DNA of 60,854 bases. Source: a bacterium (GTDB taxonomy: Bacteria; Patescibacteriota; Minisyncoccia; Phycocordibacterales; Phycocordibacteraceae). The stretch spans positions 1 to 60,854 of the forward strand of contig JAJZPB010000003.1 in the NCBI GenBank assembly GCA_021811365.1, written 5' to 3'. Shown one piece after another: positions 19,254 to 29,060 of this stretch (its first letter is position 1; each line of letters begins with the position of its first letter). The notes beneath the pieces are model-generated. The model worked only from the letters and a program-made list of their open reading frames with translations, had not been told where the DNA came from and did no database searches. The position numbers and the translations under genes are program-made.

Positions 19254-20105
19254 ATGAAAACGCTCAAAATCGTAACCATTCTTGGCGCTCTTGCGCTCGC
19301 GCTTCCGGCTTATGCGGCAAGCATTACCTTCTCGCCAGCAAGCATATCGGTGTCGCCCGGCGCGACCGTAAAGGTGTCCGTCTCGGTTGATCCGCAAGGA
19401 GCAACCGTCGCGGCCGTGCAGAGCCAGCTCACGTATTCGAGCAGCCTGCTCACACCGACCGCGTTCTCCTTTGCGCCAACCTGGATTCCGGTAACCCGTA
19501 GCGGCTACGACCAAATGACCGGCGGAACCATTATCAAGTCCGCAGGCTATCCTGGTGGTTTTGCGAGCAGCACGCTGCTCGGCACCATTACGTTCACCGC
19601 CACGGCAGCGGGTGTTGCGCACCTGGCTGTCGCAAACGGTTCTGCAATTTACGCGACGAACGGCACAAACGCGCTTTCAGGCGCGCAGGGTGCGGCCGTT
19701 ATCACGATTGCCTCCGCGCGCCCCGTTGCAGCAACCAGCACACCGGCAACTGCTCAGTCCGCAACGACCACCTCATCTCGGAGCACAGCAGCTACGCCGA
19801 CTGCGACGCACAGCGCGCAAACCGTGTCGCACTCTGCGAAAGCGCCTCTTGCAGTCAGCGCGTCGGTGTCGGGGGCTGCGGCGGTAACAACCGGCGCTCG
19901 GCTTGCTGCTGCAACATCGACCGCAAGCACGAGCGCCGCCGTGCAGGCCGCGTCGAGCACCGCACTTACGGCGGCAGCGGCGAATGCTGTGGGAGGCGGT
20001 CTCATGAACTCGCTTTGGTTCTGGATTGTGTTTGCGCTCATCGTGCTCGCAATCATTGCCGGAGCGGTAGCGTGGTATCGACGAAAAATGCGCGATCTCG
20101 CGTAG
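19254..20105 (+). CDS. Cohesin-domain protein with Ser/Thr/Ala linker and C-terminal transmembrane anchor
   Basis: Signal peptide; ASITFSPAS..V..G.T..VSV.V...G..VAAVQ..LTY...LGTITF cohesin-like pattern; low-complexity linker; TM followed by YRRK. Confidence 0.75.
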   Translation: MKTLKIVTILGALALALPAYAASITFSPASISVSPGATVKVSVSVDPQGATVAAVQSQLTYSSSLLTPTAFSFAPTWIPVTRSGYDQMTGGTIIKSAGYPGGFASSTLLGTITFTATAAGVAHLAVANGSAIYATNGTNALSGAQGAAVITIASARPVAATSTPATAQSATTTSSRSTAATPTATHSAQTVSHSAKAPLAVSASVSGAAAVTTGARLAAATSTASTSAAVQAASSTALTAAAANAVGGGLMNSLWFWIVFALIVLAIIAGAVAWYRRKMRDLA

Positions 20106-20126
20106 GACACTTCAATACTGAAGCGC

Positions 20127-20160
20127 GAAAAAACGCGCGCCCAAGGGCGCGCGTTTTTTC
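20127..20160. terminator. Bidirectional intrinsic terminator
   Basis: GAAAAAACGCGCGCCC-aa-GGGCGCGCGTTTTTTC between convergent genes. Confidence 0.85.
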
Positions 20161-20167
20161 GTATTTA

Positions 20168-20260
20168 CTAGAGCTGCCCCGACACGAGGGCGGGGAAGAA
20201 CATGCCGATCATGCCGAGTGCAAGCAGGAGCACGATAATAATGGCGAAGACTCGTTTCAT
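20168..20260 (-). CDS. 30-aa single-pass small membrane protein (missed by ORF track)
   Basis: MKRVFAIIIVLLLALGMIGMFFPALVSGQL*; TGc-TACCCT extended -10 lies 6 nt upstream; the stop abuts the terminator. Confidence 0.65.
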   Translation of the reverse strand: MKRVFAIIIVLLLALGMIGMFFPALVSGQL

Positions 20261-20323
20261 GGATCCAGGGTAGCAAATCTCTAGTGCGCGTGCCACTTTT
20301 CAGTCAGATAGCGCGGCGTCAGA

Positions 20324-20755
20324 CTACTGCGCCGGGGTCGTCGGGAACCCGGTGCGCGCACCCGCGGGCCGTAGCTGGATAAGGTCAGCGGAGAGCGATC
20401 CATCGGTATTTTGCGTGCCCGAAATAAGTACGTTTGCACCGCTCGTTACGTCGCTCACACTGCCTGAGACGCTTTTGCTCACGGTCGTGCTGGGCGTTAT
20501 GAGTACGATGTGCGAACTTCCATCTGGCGTCTTGATCGTCACCTCTTGTCCGGATACCGAAACGATCGTCCCCGCGAGCATGCCGCCTGCTGCTGTGCCG
20601 CGCGCAAAGCTGCCGCGGGCGAACGCCGCAGAGCCGCTTGTTCGACCAGTAGTGCCCGCTTGCGGTTTCGCGGACGCGCCGTGCGGCACGAAGTAGCCAA
20701 CCGCAATACCGATAATGAGCGCAACAAGCGCGATGCTGATAGTTTTGGACTGCAT
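20324..20755 (-). CDS. Membrane-anchored DUF5666-like protein
   Basis: N-terminal TM; GTIVSVSG..VTIK...G...V....T.V......D...G.NV.ISG..N.DG...AD.IQ pattern. Confidence 0.7.
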   Translation of the reverse strand: MQSKTISIALVALIIGIAVGYFVPHGASAKPQAGTTGRTSGSAAFARGSFARGTAAGGMLAGTIVSVSGQEVTIKTPDGSSHIVLITPSTTVSKSVSGSVSDVTSGANVLISGTQNTDGSLSADLIQLRPAGARTGFPTTPAQ

Positions 20756-20797
20756 ACCGAAAGTTATGTTTTATAATCGCCCGTCGTCTGCCGAGGG

Positions 20798-22033
20798 TTA
20801 CTCATAGCGTAGCGCATCAATCGGATTCAAATTTGATGCCCGCCGCGCGGGGTACCACCCAAAGACGATGCCGATGCCCGCTGAGACGCCGAAGGCGAGA
20901 AGCACCGATGACCACGTTACCTGCGCTGTCATGATGCCAGTCGCCGTCACGAGGTAGGCGATACCCCAGCCAAGCGCTACGCCGATGCCGCCACCCACGA
21001 AGGTAAGCGCTATTGCTTCGGCGAGGAACTGCGTGTTGATGTCTTTCCTTGTCGCGCCGATTGCCTTGCGCAAACCGATTTCGCGCATGCGCTCGGTTAC
21101 CGTCGTGAGCATCATGTTCATAATGCCGATGCCGCCAACCACGAGCGATATGCCAGCAATTGCAGCGAGCAGAGTCGTGAAGGTGCCGGTAACGCTGCTT
21201 ACCGCAGAAACAAGTTCCTGCTGGTTTAAGATGCTGAAGTCGGCTTGCGTCGGGTCGCTTATGTGGTGGCGCTGGAGCAGAAGGTTCGTTATGTCATTTT
21301 GCACCTGGGTCATCGACTGCTGGGTTGTCGCCTCAATATCGATCGTTGAAAGGTACTGGTTGCCGTTGCCGGCAAAGTACTGCAGGGCCGTAGTGAGTGG
21401 GATAAATATCGTGTCGTCCTGGCTGCCGAAGCCCGAGCCGCCTTTGGTCGCCATTACGCCAGTTATCGTGAACTGCATATTATTGATACGAATCGCTTTC
21501 CCGACGAGGTTGGTCGAGGTGGCGTTGGCGCCAAAGAGGTCGGTGGCTACTGTCGAGCCGATTACGGCGACTTTGCCGAGAGAAGCCGCTTGGCTACTGG
21601 TTATAAAGCTGCCCTCGTTCATATCGATGTTGCGGATCTGAGCATACGCGCCGTCCACGCCGTCCACGGTCGTATTGGTATTTGCTGCGGCTACCGCAAC
21701 CTGGTAGCGGCCCGAGTATTCGCCGGACACGGCAGCAACATTCTGCACCTGCATGAGCGCGTTCTCGTCGCTCACGGTCAGGCTTTGCGCGCTGCCCCGG
21801 CCGCTCGAGGCGCCGAATCCGATCTGCTTCGCCGCGCCCGGCGTCACGACGAGCAGGTTGGCGCCGAGAGAGTTGATGGAGCTCGAAACTGCATTTTGGG
21901 TGCCCTGGCCGATTGCCATGAGCGCGATAACCGAGGCGATGCCGATGACGATGCCGAGCACCGTTAGCCCCGAGCGCGCCTTGTTTGCTGAGAGCGCGAG
22001 GTAGGTCTCTTGCAGCAAGTCCTGCGTTTTCAT
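20798..22033 (-). CDS. MacB/FtsX-family ABC transporter permease
   Basis: [61 protein letters not shown]. Confidence 0.93.
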   Translation of the reverse strand: MKTQDLLQETYLALSANKARSGLTVLGIVIGIASVIALMAIGQGTQNAVSSSINSLGANLLVVTPGAAKQIGFGASSGRGSAQSLTVSDENALMQVQNVAAVSGEYSGRYQVAVAAANTNTTVDGVDGAYAQIRNIDMNEGSFITSSQAASLGKVAVIGSTVATDLFGANATSTNLVGKAIRINNMQFTITGVMATKGGSGFGSQDDTIFIPLTTALQYFAGNGNQYLSTIDIEATTQQSMTQVQNDITNLLLQRHHISDPTQADFSILNQQELVSAVSSVTGTFTTLLAAIAGISLVVGGIGIMNMMLTTVTERMREIGLRKAIGATRKDINTQFLAEAIALTFVGGGIGVALGWGIAYLVTATGIMTAQVTWSSVLLAFGVSAGIGIVFGWYPARRASNLNPIDALRYE

Positions 22034-22785
22034 ACGGAGAGGGCAGTCAGGTCGAGCTGGCCTGAGTCGCAGAGCCGCGTTTCCTCAGTCGCATCGCGCG
22101 GGTGGGCATTCTTTTCAATGGAAATTACGCGCCCGTCGGAAACGCGAATGATGCGACCGGCGTGTTCCGCGACGTCTGGTTCGTGCGTAATCAGTACAAT
22201 GGTGCGGTTATGCTCACGGTTGAGTTTCTGCAGCGTGCCGAGTACGACGAGCGAGGTCCGGCTGTCGAGGTTGCCGGTGGGTTCGTCGGCCAGAATGAGC
22301 GACGGATTGTTCACAAGCGCGCGGGCGATAGCAACGCGCTGTATCTGGCCTCCTGAGATTTCGTTGCTCAGGTGGTTAAAGTATTCTTCCGTAAGGCCGG
22401 AGGAAAGAAGCGCTTGTTTGGCGCGCTCCTCGCGCTCAGGGCTCGGGACGTTCGCGTAAATGAGCGGCAGGACGACATTACGCAGCACGGTCGTGCGGCG
22501 CAAGAGGTTAAAGGACTGGAACACAAAGCCGATTTTGTCTTTGCGCACCTCAGCAAGTTCGTCGTCGGTCATTTTTGAAACGTCTTTGCCGTCGAGGTGG
22601 TAGGTGCCGCTCGAGGGTGTGTCGAGACACCCGAGGATATGCATAAGGGTTGATTTTCCAGAACCGCTCGGCCCCATGATAGCTACGAACTCGCCCTCAT
22701 CGACGGAGAAGGAAACACCGCGCAGCGCGGTATACGCGCTGTCGCCAGAGCCGTAGGTCTTCGTGATGTCTTTGATCTCAATCAT
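22030..22785 (-). CDS. ABC transporter ATP-binding protein (MacB/LolD type)
   Basis: [39 protein letters not shown]. Confidence 0.95.
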   Translation of the reverse strand: MIEIKDITKTYGSGDSAYTALRGVSFSVDEGEFVAIMGPSGSGKSTLMHILGCLDTPSSGTYHLDGKDVSKMTDDELAEVRKDKIGFVFQSFNLLRRTTVLRNVVLPLIYANVPSPEREERAKQALLSSGLTEEYFNHLSNEISGGQIQRVAIARALVNNPSLILADEPTGNLDSRTSLVVLGTLQKLNREHNRTIVLITHEPDVAEHAGRIIRVSDGRVISIEKNAHPRDATEETRLCDSGQLDLTALSV

Positions 22786-22800
22786 GCGCGATGCGGAGTG

Positions 22801-24606
22801 TTACCCGCCGAGCGCACGAAACGCGCCGCCCGCGGGCCGGGCTCCGCCGCCCGGGCGCGCCCCGCCGATGAGCGAGGTGCTTTGGGCGGCTGCCGATGGC
22901 GCGCTTGAACCGGCTATGGTACGGGTGACTACCTGGTCGCCTGCAGAGAGCCCGCTCTCAATGATGGTTTGCGTGTCGTCGGAGAGCCCAGTGACGACGG
23001 GCACGTCTTTGGGGGGAACGGCAGACGGTGCGCCAGTCGTGCCCGCGCTGTTTGCAAGCGGTGGGCTAAAGACCTGAACGTAGGGGGTGTTGCCACTGGT
23101 GTTAATTGCGCTTGCTGGGACCACGAGGCCGGTCTCGGTGCCGGTAATGATGTTTGCCGTTACGCTCATGCCTGGCTTCACCTGCGCGTTGTTCGTGTCA
23201 AAGGCGATGGTCGCGTTGTAAGAAACCACTCCCTGGGTAACCGTGCCGATTTCATTTATCGAAGCAACCGTGCCAGCTATGGTTAGGTTTGGCAGTGCGT
23301 CGAAGGTAAGAGTCGCATTCTGGCCAATCTTAAGCTTGCTCGCGTCCACCTCGTTTACGGTAATGTTTGCCGTTGCTTTGTTGGTGACGAGTACGGCGAC
23401 TTGTGTGCTAGGCCCGGCTTGGTCGAACTTTTGCACGCCGACGCTCGCAATCGTACCCGAAAAGGGCGCGGTTACCGTGTAATCGCTCAGATTCTGCTCG
23501 GCGGTCGTGACGGCATCCTGCGCCGTCTTGAGGTTAAGAGCCGCCTGTTGGACGGTCAGGGTGTTCGCACCGCTTTGCTGTACCTGGAGCGCGTTCTGCG
23601 CTTGGGCGAGCGATTGTTCAGCGGAAACGAGATTGCCTTTTGCCGAAAGGGCGTTGCTTAGGTCGGTCGTGATGGTGGTTGAGTAGGTATCGGTGTTAGC
23701 AAGCAGGGTAGAGAGCTGACTCGAGGTGCCAAGGTTGTAGAGCGAATAGTCGCTGCTTACGCGATTGTAGAAATCGTGAGCAGCGCGCGTCGCCTGCGCT
23801 ACGATGGCGGCCGCGTTGTACGTCTGTTCGGCAAGCGTTTGAAGCGCGCTGTCGGAGATGCTGTTGTTCGTTGCCTGATAGGCGGTTAATGCGTTCTGGT
23901 ATGCCGTGTATGCAGCGTTGTAGGTAGTCTCGGCGGTGTTCGCGTATACACCAATGCTGTCGTCGTGATTGCTGACCAGGTTCGCGTACGCATCGATATT
24001 TTGCTGGTTCGGCCGACTGGCGACGTTTGAATTGTGCAGCACACTATCGAGTCCAGTAACGACGGTCGAAAGGTCGGTATAGATTGACGCAAGGGATGCG
24101 TACGCATTGTCGTGCGCTTTGGTGAGCGCGATTTGCGCGTTCGTTGCGTCGCTCTGCGCATTGACGAGATTTAGCTGAAGCGTCGATGTGGCAGTGTCCT
24201 GGTTGTAGGTGAGCTGCGCGGTTGCGAGCGAAAGCTTTGCGCTCTGGAGTGATTGCAGCGCGTCAGTCGCATCGAGCTGCGCGATTGTTTGGCCTGTGTA
24301 CACTTGCTGGCCCGGAGTCACGTATACGCCGACCACCTGGCCTGATGCCTGCGGCGAGAGCGTAAGCTGCTGTGAGGCGCTCACTTGCCCGGTTTCGGTA
24401 AGCGCCGCGACGACGGTGCCGGTAGCCACGGTCGCAGTAACGTAGTGGGTCTCAACCGGTACGGCAGTGAGCGCGGCATACGTGCGGTATCCGCCGTAGA
24501 GCACGAGCGCGATGATGATGACCGCCCAGAATTTGTGGGCACCTGCGAAGACGCGTACTTTGTGCCCGATAGCGGCTGGATACTGACGCAAAGCGATCTG
24601 ATTCAT
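22801..24606 (-). CDS. HlyD/MacA-family periplasmic adaptor (membrane fusion protein) with extended alpha-helical hairpin
   Basis: Lipoyl halves (SGQVVGV.V.PGQ.V..GQ.IAQLD; APFSGTI), VNEVD..K.K.GQ, VKPGMS..A.I motifs. Confidence 0.9.
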   Translation of the reverse strand: MNQIALRQYPAAIGHKVRVFAGAHKFWAVIIIALVLYGGYRTYAALTAVPVETHYVTATVATGTVVAALTETGQVSASQQLTLSPQASGQVVGVYVTPGQQVYTGQTIAQLDATDALQSLQSAKLSLATAQLTYNQDTATSTLQLNLVNAQSDATNAQIALTKAHDNAYASLASIYTDLSTVVTGLDSVLHNSNVASRPNQQNIDAYANLVSNHDDSIGVYANTAETTYNAAYTAYQNALTAYQATNNSISDSALQTLAEQTYNAAAIVAQATRAAHDFYNRVSSDYSLYNLGTSSQLSTLLANTDTYSTTITTDLSNALSAKGNLVSAEQSLAQAQNALQVQQSGANTLTVQQAALNLKTAQDAVTTAEQNLSDYTVTAPFSGTIASVGVQKFDQAGPSTQVAVLVTNKATANITVNEVDASKLKIGQNATLTFDALPNLTIAGTVASINEIGTVTQGVVSYNATIAFDTNNAQVKPGMSVTANIITGTETGLVVPASAINTSGNTPYVQVFSPPLANSAGTTGAPSAVPPKDVPVVTGLSDDTQTIIESGLSAGDQVVTRTIAGSSAPSAAAQSTSLIGGARPGGGARPAGGAFRALGG

Positions 24607-24731
24607 TTAGGCGAGATACTATACTAAAGAATGGGGTAAATAGGCATGCCGTGAACATCGCGACCTGTCAACCTTAGTACGCCCTCTCGGCCGGTTTCAT
24701 TCAGTAGTGCTTGAGAGCTCGGTGCTAAAAA

Positions 24732-24760
24732 CGAGAAAGGCGCCCTTGGCGCCTTTCTCG
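24732..24760 (-). terminator. Hairpin terminator after the DUF5666 gene
   Basis: CGAGAAAGGCGCC-ctt-GGCGCCTTTCTCG. Confidence 0.75.
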
Positions 24761-24777
24761 ACTTTTGCTGGAGAGGT

Positions 24778-25563
24778 TTAGAAGAAACCGAACATACGCG
24801 TAAAGAATCCGCCGATTGCGCCGAAGAATCCTCGGCGGGGCTGCGGCGGGCTACCCGCACTACCTGCGCTGGGCGGCGTTCCTTGGTCAAGGACCGAAGA
24901 CGCCTTCACCGCCGTGCCGTTTACCGTGCCTTGCACGACAACGGCGTCGCCAACGGAGACGTTCGAAAGCACTGCGTTCGGGACGCCGCGTTTAACGACT
25001 GTAGCTGCGGAAGCATCGACAGTATACGTCTGGCCGGCTTTAGCGGTGACGGTAAGCGTCGAACCAGTTAGCGCGGAAACCGTTCCGCCAATCACTGGAT
25101 CGCCGTTGCCCTGTATGGGCGGCATGGCGGGCGTCGACGATGCATCTTTATTCGAGTCACGCGGGCCACGCGGGCCGTGCATCATGCCTTCGCGAATCGC
25201 GGTTGCGGTAACGGTCGTTCCGCTCACCGAGCCGCGCACGACGACGAGGTCGCCGATAGTGATGCTGGAAACCGCTACCGACTTGCCGCCCTTGGTGACG
25301 GTTGCGCCGGAAGCGTTAACGGTGTACGCGGTTGGTTGGGCCGCAGTCGGGTTCTTCGGTCCGCGGTGCCACGGCATGCTTGTAACGGTGAGCGTATCGC
25401 CGGAGACCGACGTGACCTTGCCGACGACTGCCGGTCGCGCGAGGCCTGGCCCAGCGGGCTCTGCGGCGAACGCCGGAACCGCAGCAAAGGCCAGCGTGCC
25501 AAAGAGTACGGATCCAACGGCGAACGCGGGGAAGAATCGTCTGATAAGGGTTTGAATTCGCAT
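24778..25563 (-). CDS. Secreted protein with two DUF5666-like repeats
   Basis: Signal peptide from MRIQTLIRR; two GxVxxxxGxTLTV...YTV.AS.A.V....I..GD.V.V.G.V.GT.V.A repeats. Confidence 0.75.
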   Translation of the reverse strand: MRIQTLIRRFFPAFAVGSVLFGTLAFAAVPAFAAEPAGPGLARPAVVGKVTSVSGDTLTVTSMPWHRGPKNPTAAQPTAYTVNASGATVTKGGKSVAVSSITIGDLVVVRGSVSGTTVTATAIREGMMHGPRGPRDSNKDASSTPAMPPIQGNGDPVIGGTVSALTGSTLTVTAKAGQTYTVDASAATVVKRGVPNAVLSNVSVGDAVVVQGTVNGTAVKASSVLDQGTPPSAGSAGSPPQPRRGFFGAIGGFFTRMFGFF

Positions 25564-25770
25564 ATGTAAGTGGTTATGAGTAGCACTGCGCGAGCACTGG
25601 TATATACGTTCCTCACGCCCGATTCTTACAACATTCGAGATTTTAGCCCTAAACGACGAAGGAGTTTTCAAAACTTTGCGAGGCGTTTAGCGCCATTACG
25701 AAGGCAAACTTTTCGGGCTCAGTTTTGATGCGTCCGAGTGGATAGGAGTGCGCCGCCTCTGGCGGCGCGC

Positions 25771-25939
25771 TATACTGAGCGTATTATGCTGCTTTCCGCG
25801 CACCTCAGTACGTGGTCGAGCTTCTCCTAAACCCGCAGCGCGGTTTCGTTTCTCGTTCTTTCTACCAGTAGCGTCAACTCAGTTTTGTGAAAGTCGAACT
25901 TTCACAAGTAGACGTAGTTTGTAACCAAGGAGTCACGCC
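25771..25939 (+). promoter_or_regulatory. folB 5' leader: -10 box, 14-codon uORF and structured element (riboswitch candidate)
   Basis: TATACT at 25771; uORF 25786-25830; CGTC-AACTC-AG..[TTGTGAAAGT-cga-ACTTTCACAA]..GTA-GACG at 25872-25914; SD-like AAGGAG before ATG 25940. Confidence 0.45.
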
Positions 25940-26314
25940 ATGTCTGCATCTTTCGCTGCAAAAAGCACCGCGGTGCTCGTTGAAGGTCTTCACGTGTCCG
26001 CGCTTGTAGGCTACTCGAGCGACGAGCGCGCACGCCCGCAAATCGTCGTAGTCGATATAGCCTGCGAGCTCAGTACGAACGAGTTTGGCGACAAGCTCGC
26101 GCGCACCTTCGATTACGTGCCCATCGTCGAACGCGTGCGCGCACTTGCGCTTGCACACGAGCGCGCACTCATCGAAACGCTTGCCGAGGAAATCGCCTCC
26201 GCATGTTTTTCGCATGAGGCGGTCACTTGTGCTAGGGTCTCGGTACGCAAACCGCACAAGCTTAGTGGCTGCGCGGCGGTGGGCGTAGATCGCACCTTCG
26301 TAAAAACCCTCTAG
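25940..26314 (+). CDS. folB: Dihydroneopterin aldolase
   Basis: ER..PQ.VVVDI, TFDYV, LIETLAEEIA, V.VRKP motifs. Confidence 0.88.
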   Translation: MSASFAAKSTAVLVEGLHVSALVGYSSDERARPQIVVVDIACELSTNEFGDKLARTFDYVPIVERVRALALAHERALIETLAEEIASACFSHEAVTCARVSVRKPHKLSGCAAVGVDRTFVKTL

Positions 26315-26349
26315 GAAAGGATCGGGCGATGGTCCCCTATGACGTGTAT

Positions 26350-27120
26350 ATGCCGCATCAGCTGCTTAGGGCGTGCTCTCCCGGAGCCATGCTGACGTCC
26401 TTTCAGAGAACCGGCATGATGCTGCTCGAGGACATGCTTCTTCCGCGGCTTATCGAACGCGCACTAGCAATACGCTCCCGCCTAGCGGACGACGAGCTGC
26501 GGAGCCTATTGCCCCGGTACAACAGCGGCACGGGCGTGGGCTATGTTTCGCCCAGCAGGGACGGACTCATACGCACTGGTCCGCTCAACAGCCGTCGGGC
26601 ATTCGATTACCGGCCGTCTCGGCTCCTCGAGCAGGAAGAGCTTGGCCGCGCGTTACGACCGCTCTACAACCACTTGGCTCTCTTTGGTGAATCGGTGCTT
26701 GAGATGCTTAACCCGTATTTCGAATGGCCGCTTGCCGAGGTTCGTGGGGGAGAGCACGTGCTCAAAGCAGCGTTCGCGCTCAACGGGGAAGCGGACCCGG
26801 AACGAGAAGTTTTCCCCGCACACCAGGACTTCTCGATGCTCACGTTGTTTGTTGGCGGCGCGCTGCCCGGCCTACAAGTGCTCTATAAAGGGACTTGGAT
26901 TGACGTGGTTTTGAAGCCGCACGAAGTGCTGGTCGGCGCGGGGTCTTTCCTGAAGAGATTCTGCTCGGTCACCACGCTTCAGCACCGCGTCATGGCAAGC
27001 GTGCCACACCGGTTTTCCTTCTCGTTCTTCGTCGAATTGCCCGGAAGTACGCTCTTGCCAAACGGCGAAACCTTCACTGCGGCGGTACAACGCGTGAGGG
27101 CGCTGGCCCTCGGCGAGTAA
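26350..27120 (+). CDS. 2-oxoglutarate/Fe(II)-dependent oxygenase (IPNS-like superfamily); start uncertain (26329-26418)
   Basis: HQD (HxD) ...LTL...GLQV...HRV...RFSFSFF (RxS): complete facial triad and 2OG-binding motif. Confidence 0.78.
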   Translation: MPHQLLRACSPGAMLTSFQRTGMMLLEDMLLPRLIERALAIRSRLADDELRSLLPRYNSGTGVGYVSPSRDGLIRTGPLNSRRAFDYRPSRLLEQEELGRALRPLYNHLALFGESVLEMLNPYFEWPLAEVRGGEHVLKAAFALNGEADPEREVFPAHQDFSMLTLFVGGALPGLQVLYKGTWIDVVLKPHEVLVGAGSFLKRFCSVTTLQHRVMASVPHRFSFSFFVELPGSTLLPNGETFTAAVQRVRALALGE

Positions 27121-27136
27121 CCGTAGTGAACGACAG

Positions 27137-27170
27137 CGCCCCCGCACACGTGCGGGGGCGTCTTCTTTTT
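27137..27170 (+). terminator. Intrinsic terminator
   Basis: CGCCCCCGCA-cacg-TGCGGGGGCG followed by TCTTCTTTTT. Confidence 0.85.
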
Positions 27171-27260
27171 TGCTGCGCTGTAGAACGGAGCTCATGTTTA
27201 TTCGCGAACGGGCGAGGACGCTCCGCAGCTAGGGTTGCGTGGGTGGGGCGGGCCCGCGCC

Positions 27261-28964
27261 TTACATGCCCGTAATCATGTCGCGCTTAATATCTTCGAAG
27301 GAGCCGCCGACTTTCTTGCCCGGATTCAAAATATTTTCCGGGTCAAAAAGGTTTTTCACTTCGGCAAAAAGCGCGACCATTTCCGCGCCGAAAAGCATCG
27401 GGAGGTAGGGGGTGCGGATGATGCCGTCGTTGTGCTCGCCGGTAGTTGTGCCGCCTTCGGCGATCACGAGCTCGTACACTTTTGGCGCAAGCTCGAGGAT
27501 TACGTTGCGGTTCTCTTCTTTCGAAAGATCCATAAGCGGAATGATGTGGAAATTGCCGTTACCGATGTGGCCGGCAATCGTGTAGATGAAGTGGCTCTTG
27601 TACTCGTCGAGGAGCGCGTTGAGCTTGGGCAAAAACACGGGATACGTTTCCGGCGGCACCACAAAGTCGTCTATGAAAGGCGATGCGTACATGCCGTGAA
27701 TACTTTTGCGTAGCAGGGAGAAGCTTTCGCGCCGCACGATCCAGTATTTCTCGCTTTCTTTTTCGTTCTTTTCAATCTTGGTATGCACGTCAAGCCCGTT
27801 GAGCGCCTCGCGCGCAGCAATCGCTTTTGCGTCGGCTTCCTCAATTGTATCTTCGGCAAACTCGGCCATCAAAATGAGTTTAGGTACGCCGCCGGTCGCC
27901 ACCATAGCCGCCTCGGGAATGAAGTCCACGCCGAGCCGAGCTGCCTTCACGAAGCCCATCTGCTTGAGCATCGCTGGCAAGAGCTTCACGGCGAGCGTGA
28001 AGGTGTGATCGTCATAGCTTTCAAACGACTCCGGGTGCTGCGGCAGTACGCGCTTCACTATTTCCGGCAGAATGGCGAGGTCAGAGAGGAAGATGACGAG
28101 CATGGCGCGATGCTCCTTGGGCTTCACGAGTGCGAGCTTAGCACTGGTCCAGAGCGCGAGCGTGCCCTGGCTGCCGCAGATAAGTTTGGCAAGATTCATG
28201 CTTCCCGTGCGCTCGTCGCGCACGTTCCAGAGCGCGTACCCGGCGCTATTCTTGCTCACCTTGGGCTTGTGCGCCGTGATGAGCTTTGCATTTTTGGAAA
28301 GGAGTTCGTCCATGCCGCGATAGATTGCGCCTTCGAGCGTCAGCAGTTTCTTTTTTTCTTCAACCTCTTCCGGTGTGTACGCGCGAAAGGTCGCGGTGCT
28401 GCCGTCGGAAAGGACCACGTCCATTGCTAGGATATATTTCTCCGTCTTGCCATACTCGAGCGTGCGTTCGCCGCCTGAATTGTTTGCGACGATGCCGCCC
28501 ATCGCGCAAAGCTCGCGGCTCGCGGGATAGGAGGGGAGTATGAGGTTCTGCTTGAGCGTTTCCTTTTCGAAGTCGCGATAAAAGACGCCGGGTTCGGTCT
28601 CGGCGTACCCATCGCCCACTTCGCCGGTGGGACGATGCGGGCCGGTGGGGAAGGCGTGTACCCCGAACATCTTGTGCAGGTGTTCGGTGAAGGAAATGAC
28701 GACGCCGGTGGTGAGGGGTCCTCCACTCATGTCGGTGCCTGCTGCGCGCGCGGCCACGCACACCTCCGCTCCCGCCTTCTTCGCCGCGTGCACCGTCTTT
28801 ACTATCGCCGCGACATCCTGCGCATTTTTTGGGTATGCCACGAGCTCTGGCATGCGGGTAAAGAGGGACGTGTCGCGGCTCGCGGCCTTAAGAGTTTCCG
28901 CGTCATCCTTCACTTCGCCTTTGATGACGCTCGCAATTTCTTTTTTGAGATCAAATTCTTCCAT
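27261..28964 (-). CDS. FAD-binding oxidoreductase (D-lactate dehydrogenase / GlcD-like)
   Basis: RAAGTDMSG, GGIVANNSGG, GHIGNGNFH, GEHNDG, FDPENILNPGK motifs. Confidence 0.9.
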   Translation of the reverse strand: MEEFDLKKEIASVIKGEVKDDAETLKAASRDTSLFTRMPELVAYPKNAQDVAAIVKTVHAAKKAGAEVCVAARAAGTDMSGGPLTTGVVISFTEHLHKMFGVHAFPTGPHRPTGEVGDGYAETEPGVFYRDFEKETLKQNLILPSYPASRELCAMGGIVANNSGGERTLEYGKTEKYILAMDVVLSDGSTATFRAYTPEEVEEKKKLLTLEGAIYRGMDELLSKNAKLITAHKPKVSKNSAGYALWNVRDERTGSMNLAKLICGSQGTLALWTSAKLALVKPKEHRAMLVIFLSDLAILPEIVKRVLPQHPESFESYDDHTFTLAVKLLPAMLKQMGFVKAARLGVDFIPEAAMVATGGVPKLILMAEFAEDTIEEADAKAIAAREALNGLDVHTKIEKNEKESEKYWIVRRESFSLLRKSIHGMYASPFIDDFVVPPETYPVFLPKLNALLDEYKSHFIYTIAGHIGNGNFHIIPLMDLSKEENRNVILELAPKVYELVIAEGGTTTGEHNDGIIRTPYLPMLFGAEMVALFAEVKNLFDPENILNPGKKVGGSFEDIKRDMITGM

Positions 28965-29060
28965 ACTCGCAGTATAGAACGCGTGTTGTCTGAAACGGCT
29001 TGTGCAAAGTGCATAAGCGTATAAAAACGACCCGGCGCAGAAGTAGCGGTGTTATCGCTG

